A DNA stretch of 64,000 nucleotides from Octopus sinensis (GCF_006345805.1 NW_021836138.1:124001-188000), one strand, 5' to 3'; shown: positions 40,806-55,049, numbered from the stretch's first letter. Program-made: numbers and translations. The notes: generated from the letters alone by a model not told the origin.

Positions 40806-42653
40806 CTTACAAATGCACAAAAAAGAATATACATTCAGACATTGTAGCAAAGATCAAAAATACATCTGAATTGTTATCACTATTCGCTGGTATCATCAAA
40901 ATTTCCTCATTGCGTTATTATTTCTAGCTATTTCTAGTAATGCTGCCTGCATTAGATATTTTAAGAGTAACTTGACTATTCTTTTTTAACGCAATTTGAA
41001 TTACTCGAGGTATTCATTCTCTAAATAATTGTTTACTTACAAACTATTCTTTCTCCATTATTTTGGCACGTCTAGACTCTATTGATGAGATCAGTATAAT
41101 GCCAAAGCATGTCCAGCGTTGTCTCCCATAATAAAAATAATCACTCAATGAATGATATTCTTTTTTCCTAATCACATTATTATTTTCGAGAAACATATTG
41201 AATGCTTTTTGCATTAAATGCTTTTTGCATTAAATATAGTAACATTAATGTGTTTGTTGTCTTACTCTTATTGTTGTCTTATTTCTTAGTGTCAACCTGG
41301 AAATTCTTTTGGAAATAGCATAAATATCAAAATTATTGATTTGGGAATCATTAGCCATTAGGATACTTAATCTTGGAAGTTTGAAAATAATGGTAACAAG
41401 ACTTACAGCAAACTTTCAACTGGTCATGATTAGAATGCTGGGCCGTGACTTTCTGTCTATTCAAGGCTTGGAATCAATGATGAAAATAAGGTGAAATTCT
41501 AAGTTAGAATCAATAGAAAGCGAGTGAACATGTTTTAATTTACTGCAGTTTCGTTTCGACCTAAGCAATGATACTAAAGTGAAATAGAAACAACTTATGG
41601 TGAAATGAATAATTTTCTCTTGCTGTTGGCTTTCTAATTTTTTTTTTGTGACAAATTTTTTCTTTTACCTTAGTATGCTTTTGCTACATATTTTATGTGT
41701 AGTTGCGAACTAACATAGACAATATTCTTATCAACCATCTTACCCTTGGCTCTAAGGAACATTATGGATGTGATTACTGAAGTGCGAGAAAACAAATAGT
41801 AGGCGGCATCACCACTTAGTTGCTACGCATTTTCAGCTGTATAGCCTGAAGCAGTGCAAGTTAAAATGAATTTCTGAGGTACATATCGTGCTGTCCAGTC
41901 TAAGAATCGAACCTACGATCTTATGATTGTGAGTTCAACATCCTAATCACTAGGTCAAGCACAACTACAAATATACTTCATTATACTGAATCACTTACTT
42001 TCCGTGTATATACTTTAGTATACTGAATGTTTCAATATTCATGCTGTGATTTGTGAAAAGTGAAATTTTAACAGTTGCCAACTAGAAACGAATTCGAAAA
42101 GTACGCTTTAAATAAAGCAGCCTTTCTACGAACTATAATCTATAGTCGCTCAGTAGATTGGTGAGAATAAATGGAACTTGATAACAGCTAATGATTTAGG
42201 CAACCAATTGTTCTAATTCGTGCCTAAATCATTACAGCATTTATGCCGAGAAATTAGTAGTGGTGGGTTGGGGGCGATTTAAATGTATCAGCAATATTGT
42301 GTTTGTTTTAGATAACTGAATTTGGTTACGAGTCTTGCAAAATATTCTGATCTTAAATATATGTACATTGCCTCCATTTCACAAATAACAAAAAAAAAAA
42401 AAAGCTTCTGTATGATTCCCCGATCTATCAAATTATTCAGTCAACGGATCATATAGCATTAGATAAATGATGCCTGGCAAAAAAGATGATGATTATCATT
42501 GGGATGATTTTAATCATACGTCTGCTCAAGCAGAGACAACTTTGTGCTAAAATACTAAAATTAACTAGCACCCTTCAGTACAGAAATGGCGGTCTGGTTT
42601 CTGTTACTAGAAGCTAGTTTAGTGAAACTTCTTGCGCTGGCTTTTTAGTGGTT

Positions 42654-43067
42654 CCGGGCCGCGCTGGATTAACCATTAAGCAAAATAAGTACTTACTTAG
42701 GGCATCAAGGGGAAGGAGGCACCGCAGAAATAGTAAATGGTATACGGCACAAAACAAATCACTTTAAACTAGCTAAAATAGTATTCGGGATAACTTATCT
42801 CTACTAAGTATAGAAACAGATGTGTTACGTGTGATTATTTTGAGGATCTGATCAAAGACTTAGCATTTAAAACTAGTAGGAAAAACTTTTCGACTAAATA
42901 TAAATTTGAAGCATACAAAAATAAACCTTATTTCCATCTTACTGCTGCTTTCGTTTCATTTTGAAAAATAAAAATTTATTTTATGTTTTATATTTTGAAT
43001 TGCGTACATATGGAGATACCAAAAGCATTTAAGTGCTTAAGGCCTTTATAGCTCTTGATCCGGGCCT
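42654..43067. mobile_element. Possible hAT-like non-autonomous element
   Basis: Imperfect termini resembling CAGGGCCGGAT(T/C)AA; no clear 8-bp TSD. Confidence 0.3.
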
Positions 43068-43415
43068 GAGTCTTGGGAAACAGCTTTCCTAATTGTTGTC
43101 TGCGTCCCTGATATCATGAATTGGACAATACTTGACAGTGAAATGGGTGCAAACATAACAAAGTATAAAGAGGTATGAAGGCAAATGTTTTAATCTAGAT
43201 CTGATCAACATCGTTCGGGATTTGAACGATTGTTTTTACTATATCACCTGACTGACCTAATCTTTGTGAGTGAAACTGAGTAAACAAAAATTATGTGGTA
43301 AGTTCGTCAGTGTAGACCGGCTGGTGGGTAATGGGCATTGTTCATCATCCAATTTAAAGTATCTGTTTAGCTCACTCCGTTCTGCACCATGGTTTAATCT
43401 GAGGATCATTCTTAC

Positions 43416-43473
43416 CTTTTCTCCTAGAAATCTCAGAGATTTTACAAAACATCGTATCCAACAGTGTTAAGCA
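43416..43473 (-). CDS. Candidate 58-nt exon (CLTLLDTMFCKISEISRRK)
   Basis: gtattctcctcttttag acceptor, AAG/gtaaga donor, one open frame. Confidence 0.2.
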
Positions 43474-43769
43474 CTAAAAGAGGAGAATACATAAACACAT
43501 ACATAGATGCAAACATTTACACACGCACACAAAATTTTACTTTGTCTGTGTGTAACAATAAGTTTGTTTATGATAGGTTACTACGATCTCCCAATCAGGA
43601 TTTTTCATATTTATGTGTGTAAGTGAATAGGAACCCACGCCCCACCTACACACACACACATACACACATACAAACACGCATGCACATACAAACACATTGA
43701 CATATTTTATATACATTTACATTTACATATATATATATAATATATATTATATATATAATACATATATTT

Positions 43770-43811
<42 letters not shown>

Positions 43812-44267
43812 TACATAAAAGTACATAAAAGCAAAGAGTACATGTTTGTTATATTCAAGTTGACAGTTATGTAAGATCAAGCAATCTGGTAGAACATATG
43901 GCCACTAGGCTTGTCATGCCAGAGTGGTATTTAATCTATTGTCCAATATGAAACTGAGAAACTAAAAAAAAATCATTGTTTTCTTTTTCACTGAAGAAAT
44001 CAATAGACCATTGATTTGGCTCCTTTAACATTTTTCTTTTTACATTTAACACTAAAAAGATTATCATTATCATTATTATTATTATCATTACTATTATCGT
44101 TGTTCTCATCATTATCATCATCATCATCACCGTCATTGTCTTTGTTATTATCATTATTATTGTTGTTGTTATTGTTGTTGTTGTTATTATTATTTTATTA
44201 TTATTATTATTGTTATAATATAAAAATAATAATAATTATTATTTTTTTTTTTTTATTATTATTGAGT

Positions 44268-44806
44268 GGGAGGGCAGTGAATGCTATCAGAGTTACACTG
44301 GGGTAAAATATACGAAACCCAGTATGCCCATCTGATAAGGGTAGGTCAGGCACATACATCACAGCCATATGTGCGCGACATGGTGATCTCATATCAAGAT
44401 AAACAGCGCATGACCTTGCAAGTGGGGCCCAGTTAGAATTTTCTTCAGGTTGAGTAACACATCCCGCTTAAAAGGTCCCTGAGTAAGGGTTGTTTAAGGA
44501 TGTTGAACGAAAAACCCATGTTTCCTAATGTGAATTATCCAAACCCCAAAGTATTCCTCTAAACACATGGTTATGATGCTCTTCCACTACTTCTACTCGT
44601 GATCAGAGATGCACATATCGTCAGTCACTAAGGGACATGCTCAACTGGTTAAGGTCAAACAACTGACAAGCAAATCTGTGGTATTGAGCAGAATATTTGC
44701 TGTAGCCCATCTTTTATACCAAGACAAAATAATATACATAACAACACTTCCAATTAGTTAAGATCAGAAGCCATGAGAACCACTGCCTGGTACTGCATCA
44801 GGGCAT
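44268..44806 (+). mobile_element. About 540-bp (TTA)n-tailed retroelement family, copy 1
   Basis: Homologous copies at 45118-45750 and 46484-46720; ends gccactgcctggtactgcatcagggcat then (TTA)n. Confidence 0.8.
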
Positions 44807-44840
44807 AATTATTATATTATTATTATTATTATTATTATTA

Positions 44841-44885
<45 letters not shown>

Positions 44886-44893
44886 CATCACCA

Positions 44894-44931
<38 letters not shown>

Positions 44932-45117
44932 TTATTATTATTATATATTATTATTATTATTATTATCGCATCATTATTATGATTATTATTATTATTATTA
45001 TTATTATTTTATTATTATCATCATCATCATTTATTATATTATTATTATTATCATCATCATCATCATCATTATTATTATTATATTATTATTATGGTATTAT
45101 TATTATATTATTATTGA

Positions 45118-45750
45118 TGAGCTGCATAGCATGCCACAAAGTGACACTGGGGTAAAATATACGAAACCCGTATACCCATCATGACTACCCGTCTGATAAG
45201 GGTACACCAGGCACTGCATCACAACCATATTGCGTGACATGTTATCTCATATCAAGATAAACAGCCATACCTTGCAGGTGGACCCAGTTAGGATTTCTTC
45301 AGATCGAGTAACCCATCCCGCTTAAAAGGTCCCTGAATAAGGGTTGTTTAAGGACGTTGAACGAAACCCCATGTTTCCAGAGGTGAATTATTCAAACCCC
45401 AAAGAATCCTTCTCACACATGGCTATGATGCTCCCCCACTACTTCTTTCTGCTCGTGATCAGAGATGCACATCCGTCAGCCACTAGGGACATGCTCAACT
45501 GGTTAGAGTCAAACACTGACAAGCAAATCTGTGTATTGAAGAATATTTGCTGTAGCCCATCTTTTATACCAGACAAAACATGTACATGATAACACTTCAA
45601 TCAGTTAAGATCAGAAGCCATGAGAGCCACTGTCCTGGTACTGCATCATGGCATGTTACCTGGTACTGCTCAGGGCATGTTACCTGGTACTGCATCAGGG
45701 CATGTGCCTGGTACTGAGATGGGCACTGTACTACTGGTCTTTCTTTCTGA
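45118..45750 (+). mobile_element. (TTA)n-tailed family, copy 2, with about 4 tandem 22-bp repeats of its 3' end
   Basis: cctggtactgc(a/t)tcagggcatgtta repeated at 45633-45725. Confidence 0.8.
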
Positions 45751-45805
45751 TGGGCATGTTATTATATTATTATTATTATTATTATTATTATTATCATCAT
45801 CATCA

Positions 45806-45866
<61 letters not shown>

Positions 45867-46059
45867 CATCATCATTAATATAAAGAATAAAAGTTTTGAA
45901 TGGTACAACAATGCACTATAATACAGACAATGGACTATATACCTGTTGTAATTTAATCATCCATAGTCTGATATGATATTCGGAATAAAACTATTATTAT
46001 TGAGGCAGAAACGTTAGCGCACCGGGCGAAATGGTTAGCCGTCTGTCGAAAAAAAGAAA

Positions 46060-46470
46060 AGGCGGCGAGCTGGCAGAATCGTTAGCATGCCGGGCGAAAT
46101 GCGTAGCCGCATTTCGTCTGCCGCCACGTTCTGATTCAAATTCCGCCGAGGTCGACTTTGCCTTTCATCCTTTCGGGGTCGATAAACTAAGTACCAGTTA
46201 CGCACTGGGGTCGATGTAATCGACTTAATCCGTTTGTCTGTCCTTGTTTGTCCTGTCTGTGTTTAGCCCCTTGTGGGTAGTAAAGAATAGGTATTCGTCT
46301 GTCGTTACGTTCTGAGTTCAAATTCCGCCGAGTTCGACTTTGTCTTTCATCCTTTCGGAGTCGATAAATAAAGTGCCAGTTTCGCACTGGGGTCGATGTA
46401 ATCGACTTAATCCCATTGTCTGTCCTAGTTTGTCCTCTCTATGTTTAGCCCCTTGTGGGCAGTAAAGAAA
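46060..46470 (+). mobile_element. SINE family B dimer (full copy plus headless second unit)
   Basis: Second unit restarts at tattcgtctgtcgttacgttctgagttc. Confidence 0.88.
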
Positions 46471-46483
46471 AAAAATATTATTG

Positions 46484-46720
46484 AGTGAAAGGGCAGTGCA
46501 TGCCATTATAGCGACACTGGGGTAAAATATACGAAGCCAAGTATACCCATCATGACTACCCAACTGATAAAGGTACACCAGGCACATGCATCACAAACTT
46601 ATGTGCGCGACATGGTAATCTCATATCAAGATAAACAGCGCATGACCTTGCAGGTGGGACCCAGTTAGAATTTTCTTCAGGTTGAGTAGCCCATCCCACT
46701 CAAAAGGTCCCTGAATAAGA
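46484..46720 (+). mobile_element. (TTA)n-tailed family, copy 3 (3'-truncated)
   Basis: Homology to 44268-44490. Confidence 0.8.
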
Positions 46721-46912
46721 GATGTATAAAAAGATATACTAAAAATATCTGAAGAAAGAATTTTATTCCGAAATATCATATCAGAATATGGATAACTAAA
46801 TTAGAACAGGTATATAGCCCATTGTTTGTATTCTAGTGCATTGTTGTACCATTCAAAACTTTTTATTCTTTACAAACAATACACAATGCTCCAAGCGAAC
46901 TATAGTACTCTT

Positions 46913-47083
<171 letters not shown>

Positions 47084-47086
<3 letters not shown>

Positions 47087-47855
47087 TGGTTTTATTTTTA
47101 TAACGTGCTTTCACTACCGAGCGCAGCTCTGTGTGCCTTGGGTATGTGCGGTGGTTTGCTGTGATGCTCTTATGGTTAATGTGTTATAAGTGTTTTATGT
47201 AGGATGTGTGCGGTGACTAGTAGTGCTATTTTCTGTATGTTATATTTATTTGTAAGTCCTGGTGTTTTTGTTATGTATTTATCTGAATATCTTTTATCAT
47301 ACCCACTATGACAGGAATTGTTTGTTTTTAAACCCCACATTCAATTTACCTCTATTTCTAGGCCAGTGTGTTTTGAAAGTTTCTCCATTTCTTTTAGAGA
47401 AACGTCATCTGTTGGTATTGATACATCAATGAGAAAGCATTTTTTTCTTCATGATCTCTGACAACTACATCTGGCTTATTGGCCTTAATTTCTCTATCTG
47501 TGTGTATTGGCATATCCCATAGTATGGTTACTTTCTCATTTTCTGTTACCTCTTCTGGTGCGTGCTTAAGCTATCTTTTTTTCTGTTGTTATTCCATAGT
47601 GTTGGCATAGTTTCCAGTGTATGTATGTCCCAACATTGTCGTGTCTGTGAATATATTCCTTCTTAGCCAGGAATGGGCAACCAGAGGTAATATGATTTAT
47701 TGTTTCTTATCCATCTCCACATATTCTGTAGTTACTTGTTATGTTTCTTTTCATTATATGTTTTTGGTAATTTCTGGTGGGTAGGCTTTGGTCTTGTTCT
47801 GCAATTAAAAATCATTCAGTCTCTGCTTTGAGTCCTGAGCTTCAAGTAAACAGTA
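47084..47855 (-). mobile_element. R4/Dong-type RLE LINE 3' fragment with (TAA)n tail
   Basis: INHITSGCPFLAKKEYIHRHDNVGTYIHWKLCQHYG, TILWDMPIHTDREIKANKPDVVVRD..CFLIDVSIP, IQKIALLVTAHIL. Confidence 0.88.
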
Positions 47856-48992
47856 CATACATGTTTGTTATATTCAAATTGCGGGATAAAAATTATAAAA
47901 TTCCATATAGAATTTCGATAACATAAGAAGGAATTATGGGATGTATACAGATTGTCCATTGAAAATTAATTAATGATTAATAGTGGATCATACAGCTAAT
48001 CCTTTATTATTTAGATAATTCTGCCAAATGTCGTTTGTTTATTTATGTTGTTTTAAATTAAGTATTCATTATCTTGTGGTTTAGAGATTTCGATGATGTG
48101 AGTGCTTAGAATGGCATTGCAAAGGCTGGAACTGGTCAGTTTGAACATAAACATGTAAAATATTTTAGCCTAATATGGCCGGTTTGAATGTGAAAGGTTC
48201 AAATCATATTTGCTGTAGCATAGCTAGGAAGCGAGGAAACGATTCTCTCCGGTTTATGCTTTTATAGTAGCGATACTTTTGGGTCTACTGTTAAAACTGT
48301 ATAGGAGCAGGGAGCAGAAACCTTAAGGGGTACCCTGGGGATCACACACTCTAGACACGCCTCTGTATTTTTGTGAATATTTAAAATATAAATTATCTTA
48401 AAATTCTCACATTGATAGCTAGTACAAAATGTCACGATAGTTTAATCAATCATACAACCGTGTTGTTTTGTATTAATGAAGTTCCGATTCCATCTTGAAT
48501 AAAATGCTCCTTTATCGAAGATGGCACCAAGACCTCAATTTTTCTAACGAAATATTTTTCATCAAGTAAAGTTATAGTGTAGAACTTTATCATATATTGA
48601 TCTTTTTACAAGTTCAATCCTCAACAGCAGTTAATTTTTAAATTGACTTTTCTGTCCGTGAGTAATAAAATATTGTCTCACCCATAAACAGTTAAAAAAG
48701 AAAAAAATATATATATATGTAACTTAGTAGATACAGACTCGATAAACATCATAACATTCTGTTTTTGAAAGCGAAACTTCATCACAAGATATTTTCTTTG
48801 AAACAGATAATAACCAAAACCTCAATTTCCTTATCATATATATATACATACATACACATATATGCGTGTGTGTGTGTGTGTATGTGTGTATACATATATA
48901 CATACATATACACACACATACACACACACATATATGTATATTGATATATATATATATTAAAAATATATGTGCTTTTGTGTGCATATATGTAC

Positions 48993-49029
<37 letters not shown>

Positions 49030-49038
49030 GTATGTATG

Positions 49039-49072
<34 letters not shown>

Positions 49073-49292
49073 TGTATGTATGTATGTATGTATGTATGTA
49101 TGTATGAGTGTATGCATGTATGACGTGGGAAAATTCTACACACTCTACAGCATGTAGCAGAAGGACACACACGTGCTTCGAATAGGTATCGTTCCTTTTC
49201 TTGTTTCTTTTATCGTGTTTCTTATTCTATTTTCATAAATAGTTCAGTCGAAATATGGGCCTACTTTTTTCTGTTTCCTATTTTCGCAGTAA

Positions 49293-49334
<42 letters not shown>

Positions 49335-49518
49335 CGCGTTGCTACATCCATCATTTATTAGTGATTTCCTACTCGTGACGGATGGAACTTTGGATTCGGT
49401 TGGTTTGGCTACCACCATTTCAAAAATTGAAGTGTATCGAAAATTTTAGCATTTGGCACAGTAATATACTTTTCCAAGCTGAATTGCTGGAGTTGTTTCA
49501 CTTTTTCCAGAAGAATGT

Positions 49519-49985
49519 TGTGGCTGTGTGGTAAGTATCTTTCTTACCAACCACATGGTTCCGGGTTCAGTCCCACCGCGTGACACCTTGGGCTAGTGTC
49601 TTCTACTATAGCCTCGGGCCGACCAAAGCTTTGTGAGTGGATTTGGTAGACGGAAACTGAAAGAAACCCGTCGTATATATATATATATATATAATATATA
49701 TATAGATATATGCGTGTGTATGTGTGTGCGTGTGTGTATGTGCGTGCGTGTGTGCGTGTGTGTGTGTGTCTGTGTTTGTGTCGGTGTGCGTCCCCTCAAC
49801 ATCGCTTGACAACCGATGCTGGTGTGTTTACGTCCCCGTAACCTAGCGGTTTGGCTAGAGAGATCGATAAAGTAAGTACTAGGCTTACAAAAAATAAGTC
49901 CTGGGGTATATTTGCTCGACTAAAGTCGGTGCTCCAGCATGGCCGCAGTCAAATGACTGAAACAAATAAAAGAATAAAAAGAAAG
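49519..49985 (+). mobile_element. SINE family A, full length
   Basis: Head, core, internal microsatellite and tail. Confidence 0.9.
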
Positions 49986-50073
49986 AATATAAAAGAGGTT
50001 TAAAGTTTGATCATTTTCACCCAGTCAGGATACAGGATTTGGAAGCTGTCATTTTGTGCGTGACTGCACATCT

Positions 50074-50153
50074 TGTCGTCAATATCCTGAAAATAGCACG
50101 TGACGTCAATATCCGGAAAATGGCACGTGTCGTCAATATTTGTAAACAACACG
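50074..50153. promoter_or_regulatory. Three 27-bp tandem units carrying CRE (TGACGTCA), E-box (CACGTG) and ETS/YY1-like (CCGGAAAATGGC) motifs
   Basis: Direct reading; CpG-richer than flanks. Confidence 0.45.
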
Positions 50154-50442
50154 TCTTTTGTAGTTTTAAGCATTCAATATGTATTTAATGCGATAGCACG
50201 AACTTAAAAGATTTATTTAAAAACAAAATAGCACATTACAAATTAAATATTTTTAAAAAAGCAAACATTTTGTTGACCAGTTCATTGAAAACGAAAGTTA
50301 AAAATGCATTCACTCAAGTTGCATATCTCCTGTGCTAGATAAATTCACATGTTCAGTTGTCATCAGATAGGTAAAACAAGTGGTTTCAATGTATTTGTCA
50401 ACACGTGCTTTCTCGCCGACAAAAGGGTTCTCATGTTCCGCT

Positions 50443-50458
50443 TGTTACCATGGTAACA
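50443..50458. promoter_or_regulatory. Perfect RFX X-box palindrome TGTTACCATGGTAACA
   Basis: Matches the GTTNCCATGGNAAC consensus, in non-repeat DNA. Confidence 0.55.
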
Positions 50459-50982
50459 GGTATGAATGTGTCTGTGGCTTACAATTGGCTAAAATTACCA
50501 AAATTTTCAAACTTTAATTGCGAATAGCTCTTTATATGTTGATTTATAGAGAAAATGATTTTCCCGTCATTCATTAGCTGATAAAAGTGTATCATTACAC
50601 CGAATGTGAAATCAATTCGAACAGAATTGATGCTGGCATCCAAACCGACTAGACCCGGAACCGTTGCCGCACTCAAGCGAACGTCTTCCAGCCCATAGTC
50701 TGTTTAGGTTTTACGAGGTCGGAGTTCAGAATGCAAATCCTACCTCAACCTCAACCTCTTTTACGACATGCATTGTTGGGGCTATTCTTTGATATGCCGC
50801 TCCCAATACAATACAACTTTTATTATTATTTTCTGTGGCCACATTTTATCCATCACTTTTTGATCAGCCTTTCATCTTGCCCATCGCTCTTTCTTACTTC
50901 ACCTATACATGTATGTATGTATGTATGTATGTATGTATGTATGTATGTATGTAGTATGTATGTATGTATGTATGTACGAATG

Positions 50983-51022
<40 letters not shown>

Positions 51023-51029
51023 TATATAA

Positions 51030-51264
51030 CTTTTTATTTGTTTCGGTCATTGAACTGCGGCCAAGCAAGGGTATCACCTTGAAGAATATTTAGTTGAATG
51101 TATCAATCTCCTTACTTATTTTTTTAAAAGCCTGGTAATATTCCATCAGTTTCTTTTAGCCGAAACGCTATGTTACGGGGGCATAAATATACTATCACAG
51201 GTTATCGAGCGGTGGGGTTGGGACAAAGACAGACACTAACACACACACACACACACACACACCA

Positions 51265-51323
<59 letters not shown>

Positions 51324-51480
51324 AAAGGGCTGGCATAACTGTGTGGTAACAAGTTTGCTTCTCGGTCGCATGGTTCTGGGTTCATTCCCACTACGTAGTA
51401 CCTTTGGCAAGTGTCTTCTAATGTAGCCTTCTGAGCCTTCTGAGTGGGTTTGGTAGACGGAGCCTAAAAGTTTCCCGCTG
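51030..51480 (-). mobile_element. Old SINE family A
   Basis: Diverged head (ggaatgaacccagaacc), core and internal (CA)n. Confidence 0.7.
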
Positions 51481-51496
51481 TATCTATCTATCTATC

Positions 51497-51916
51497 TTCT
51501 TTCTTTATTGTCCACAAGGAGCTAAACATAGAGGGGACAAACAAGGACAGACAAACTGATTATGTTGATTATATCGACCCCTGTGCGTAACTGGTACTTA
51601 TTTTATCGACCCCGAAAGGATGAAAGGCAAAGTCGACCTCGGCGGAATTTGAACTCACAACGTAACGGCATACGAAATATATATTTCTTTATTACCCACA
51701 AGGGGCTAAACACAGAGTGGACAAACAAGGACAGACATAGCTATTAAGTCGATTACATCGACCCCAGTGCGTAACTGGTACTTATTTTATCGACCCCGAA
51801 AGGATGAAAGGAAAAGTCGACCTCGGCGGAATTTGAACTCACAACGTAACGGCAGACGAAATACCGCTAAGCATTTCACCCGGCGCGCTAACGTTTCTGC
51901 CAGCTCGCCGCCTTTC
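51497..51916 (-). mobile_element. SINE family B dimer
   Basis: Full unit followed by headless unit starting tatttcgtatgccgttacgttgtgagttc. Confidence 0.9.
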
Positions 51917-52914
51917 TATGTGTCTATCTATATGTCTGTCTGTCTCAGTGAATGAGGAAAAAGGAAGAAAACAATATTAACAAAGAAGTGCCTCGAAACA
52001 AGAGATTTTCTAATAGTGTAGCTAAGTAACAAGATACCAATTGTAATACAAAGTGGAGTCATGTAGTCAACATGAGAACGTGGGAAAAAAGAAAACAAAT
52101 TAGAAACTGTCATAGAGAGGGGCGTGGGGTGAAAAGGAATGACAGAAATTTGTTTCATTCTGGCTTTTGATTTTTACAATAAAATATCTTGTAGTCGCAT
52201 CCTTTGAAATGGATGACAAAATACGCAAAACAAAAATGGGAGATTTCAAAGAGCTTTTCTTCACATGGGGATCTAAGGAACTTAACAAAGTTATAGGGCT
52301 TGTGTATATGAGTGTATGCACATGCACGAGTATGTACGTGTATGTGAAAGATCATCGTCATTACCATCATCATCATTGCTTTATTCCATCTCTCTAACTC
52401 TACTTAGATCTTATGTGTCTTCTGCACAGTATTTCATCACATACTGTATACAAGAGTCATGTCTCACAAACCTTCGAAATTCTACACACTTAATATCCGT
52501 GTTGTGGCCATGTAAGATCGCATTTTGTACTCAAGCCTCCGACATTTTTCACTTAAAGACACCCACCTTTTTTTTATGCTAGCAGATGAAAGAAATGCTC
52601 GAAATCTAATACTTTTATCACTTATATAACATAAGCTGTCACCTATTTTGGAGAACACTTGAAAATCAAAAACAATTAATTTTATTGGTGCTCTTACTAG
52701 TAACTTCTGCGCATCTACTGCTTAGCTTTCATGAGATCCCACTAGATTTCTTGAGTAGCCATATTTTATATAAGATCCCATGGATAACTTACTTTTTTCT
52801 GTACATTAAGCATAATGCGTCCCTGATGACAAAAAGTTTGTCTTTACTTGGTTTATTTTGAAACTCGCGAGTTCTACGTTTTGTTTCTACATTTGAAATT
52901 TCTTTAACGCTTCT

Positions 52915-54000
52915 AGAGATTCTGCTATGAGGAATAGGACAGTGACAGACAGCTGGTCTTAAACTCCCCTGTCAAGGCAAAGAGAACTATAATGAACAGG
53001 TGCGAGTTGATGACCAAGTCGTGGACTACTCCTTGCATTCTAGGCTCCTAGCTGAACTTGTTATTAACTATGTCCTTGCCGACAGTAACTCTGCATAAGC
53101 TTTGGATGGCAAAGTTCTGACAAGCCGTTCATTTACAGTTATTTTTAATGCCCAATAGAATACATAATGTGGTAACGTATGGAAGGATTTCACCAAGTCA
53201 ACAAACTACTGCACTTTGCAAGAGCTTCTCCTGTAGCTGTTTCACTAGGAAGAGGATATCAGTTGTATCTAATGCTAGCATAATCTCAAACTGCACCTCA
53301 CACAAGCTAATTTTCTTCCTAATTAGTTGTGCTTTAGCTCTTTCCGTCACTTTCATAGCTTGGTCATGAGTTTGATTTCTCTTTCTAAACTATTCTTTTT
53401 TCCCTTTATTGAAGATGATGCTTAATACATATGTTATTGAGATGGGTTTCTTGCTGACTACGTGATGGGCTGTACAAGTCCCTAATGTGTGTTGTTTGCA
53501 GAATATTTTTAGTATTTCAGCGACTATACCTGATGGCCGGGCTGGCTAAAGACCATATGTACTGCATAGCCGTATATTTCAATAGCTGGTCCTGTTGTTG
53601 AGTTTACATGGTGTAGTCTCTCCCTCTTTCATGCATTATCCTCATCCACAGACATATTATTAGAGAATTTCCAAACCATGTCCCTAAATTTTTAGTATCA
53701 TGAGAGGCGAGTGTGTCGCTATCATCAAATACACATCTTACTAAAGATATCCTGGTTAATATTTCCACTGATATGCTGGATCGTAATACGGAACAGCTCA
53801 TCTTTGTTATCTTTACGTAAAAGAATATTGGCAAACTTCTTTCCAATTGTCTCTTTGCTGGCGTCTGGCTTCTCTTCAATGTGTTGGATACTTTTCTGTC
53901 TTCTCCAGCCTTTTTCGCCTTCCACTTATACAATCAGGTCTCTTTCTTTTTTTGGTTGTATTCAATTTGTACAAGTAAAATCCTCTAAGAAGCATGTGGT
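52915..54000 (-). mobile_element. Decayed RTE-clade LINE RT fragment
   Basis: GPSGIVAEILK, DQAMKVTERAKAQLIRKKISLCEVQF, TTDILFLVKQLQEK, FVDLVKSF, LFIIVLFALTGEFKTSC. Confidence 0.85.
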
Positions 54001-54145
54001 GGATATATAAATTGCTTGACACAAGCAACATTGGAATAATTCTTTCGGTAGCACAAGGAGTTGTCACACCCAGTGACTGTTGCAATATAAATTAACTGTT
54101 ACTAGAGCAAAAGAAATGTTTTGACTTCAGGGCCATCAAATCACA

Positions 54146-54510
54146 GGACTGTCTTTACTCTTTTACTCTTTTACTTGTTTCAGTCATTTGACTGCGGCCA
54201 TGCTGGAGCACCGCCTTTAGTCGAGCAAATCGACCCCGGGACTTATTCTTTGTAAGCCCAGTACTATCGGTCTCTTTTGCCGAAACGCTAAGTTACGGGG
54301 ACTTAAACACACCAGCATCGGTTGTCAAGCAATGCTTGGGGGACAAACACAAACACACACACACACACATATATATATATACGACAGGCTTCTTTCAGTT
54401 TCCGTCTACCAAATCCACTCACAAGGCTTTGGTCGGCCCGGGGCTATAGCAGAAGACACTTGCCCAAGATGCCACGCAGTGGGACTGAACCCGGAACCAT
54501 GTGGTTGGTT
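54146..54510 (-). mobile_element. SINE family A, nearly full length
   Basis: Near-consensus. Confidence 0.92.
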
Positions 54511-55049
54511 AAAACAGAAAATTATAGTGCGACTGGATTACATTCATTCGCACGTCCTATAGTCTAGGAAAAGCTAAGAAAGCCTGATTTAGATGAACGA
54601 ATGGTTTATGTGAGTCATGCTAACCCTGTACAGGGATTCCATTTGCAAGATGATTATAACTGAGTTATAATCAAGACCCAGTTCTCTGTCCCACTTGTAG
54701 ATTATAGTTCTGAAGGGAGTTTAAGAGCTCACAAATGAATGCTTTTCCCTGCCATCAGGGAATTGTCTATGCTCAAATCGGAGAAAAGTAGTTGATCAGA
54801 GCAATTCACAATATACCAAAAGTAAAATTATGGATACACAAGAGATGCAGTAGATCACAAGCGGGTTGTCAGGAAAATAAATATTTGTATTTAGCAGATG
54901 CACAGGAGAGGTTTGATGAAGCAGCATCAATGAAATAGATCTTTTCAACTGGTGTAAGTGTTCTCTCGAAGTAGTTGATAGCATCTATTACTTTGGTGAC
55001 TAGATAGAAATGGAGGTAGTTTCTTTTTTGATATCATAGAAGGTAAAAT

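Noticed and set aside
41407-41498. 92-nt minus-strand segment with branch point, acceptor and gtaagt donor; IKIIDLG kinase-like motif on the plus strand nearby
   Set aside because: Stops in all frames on minus; the plus frame stops right after the motif and has no other kinase motifs
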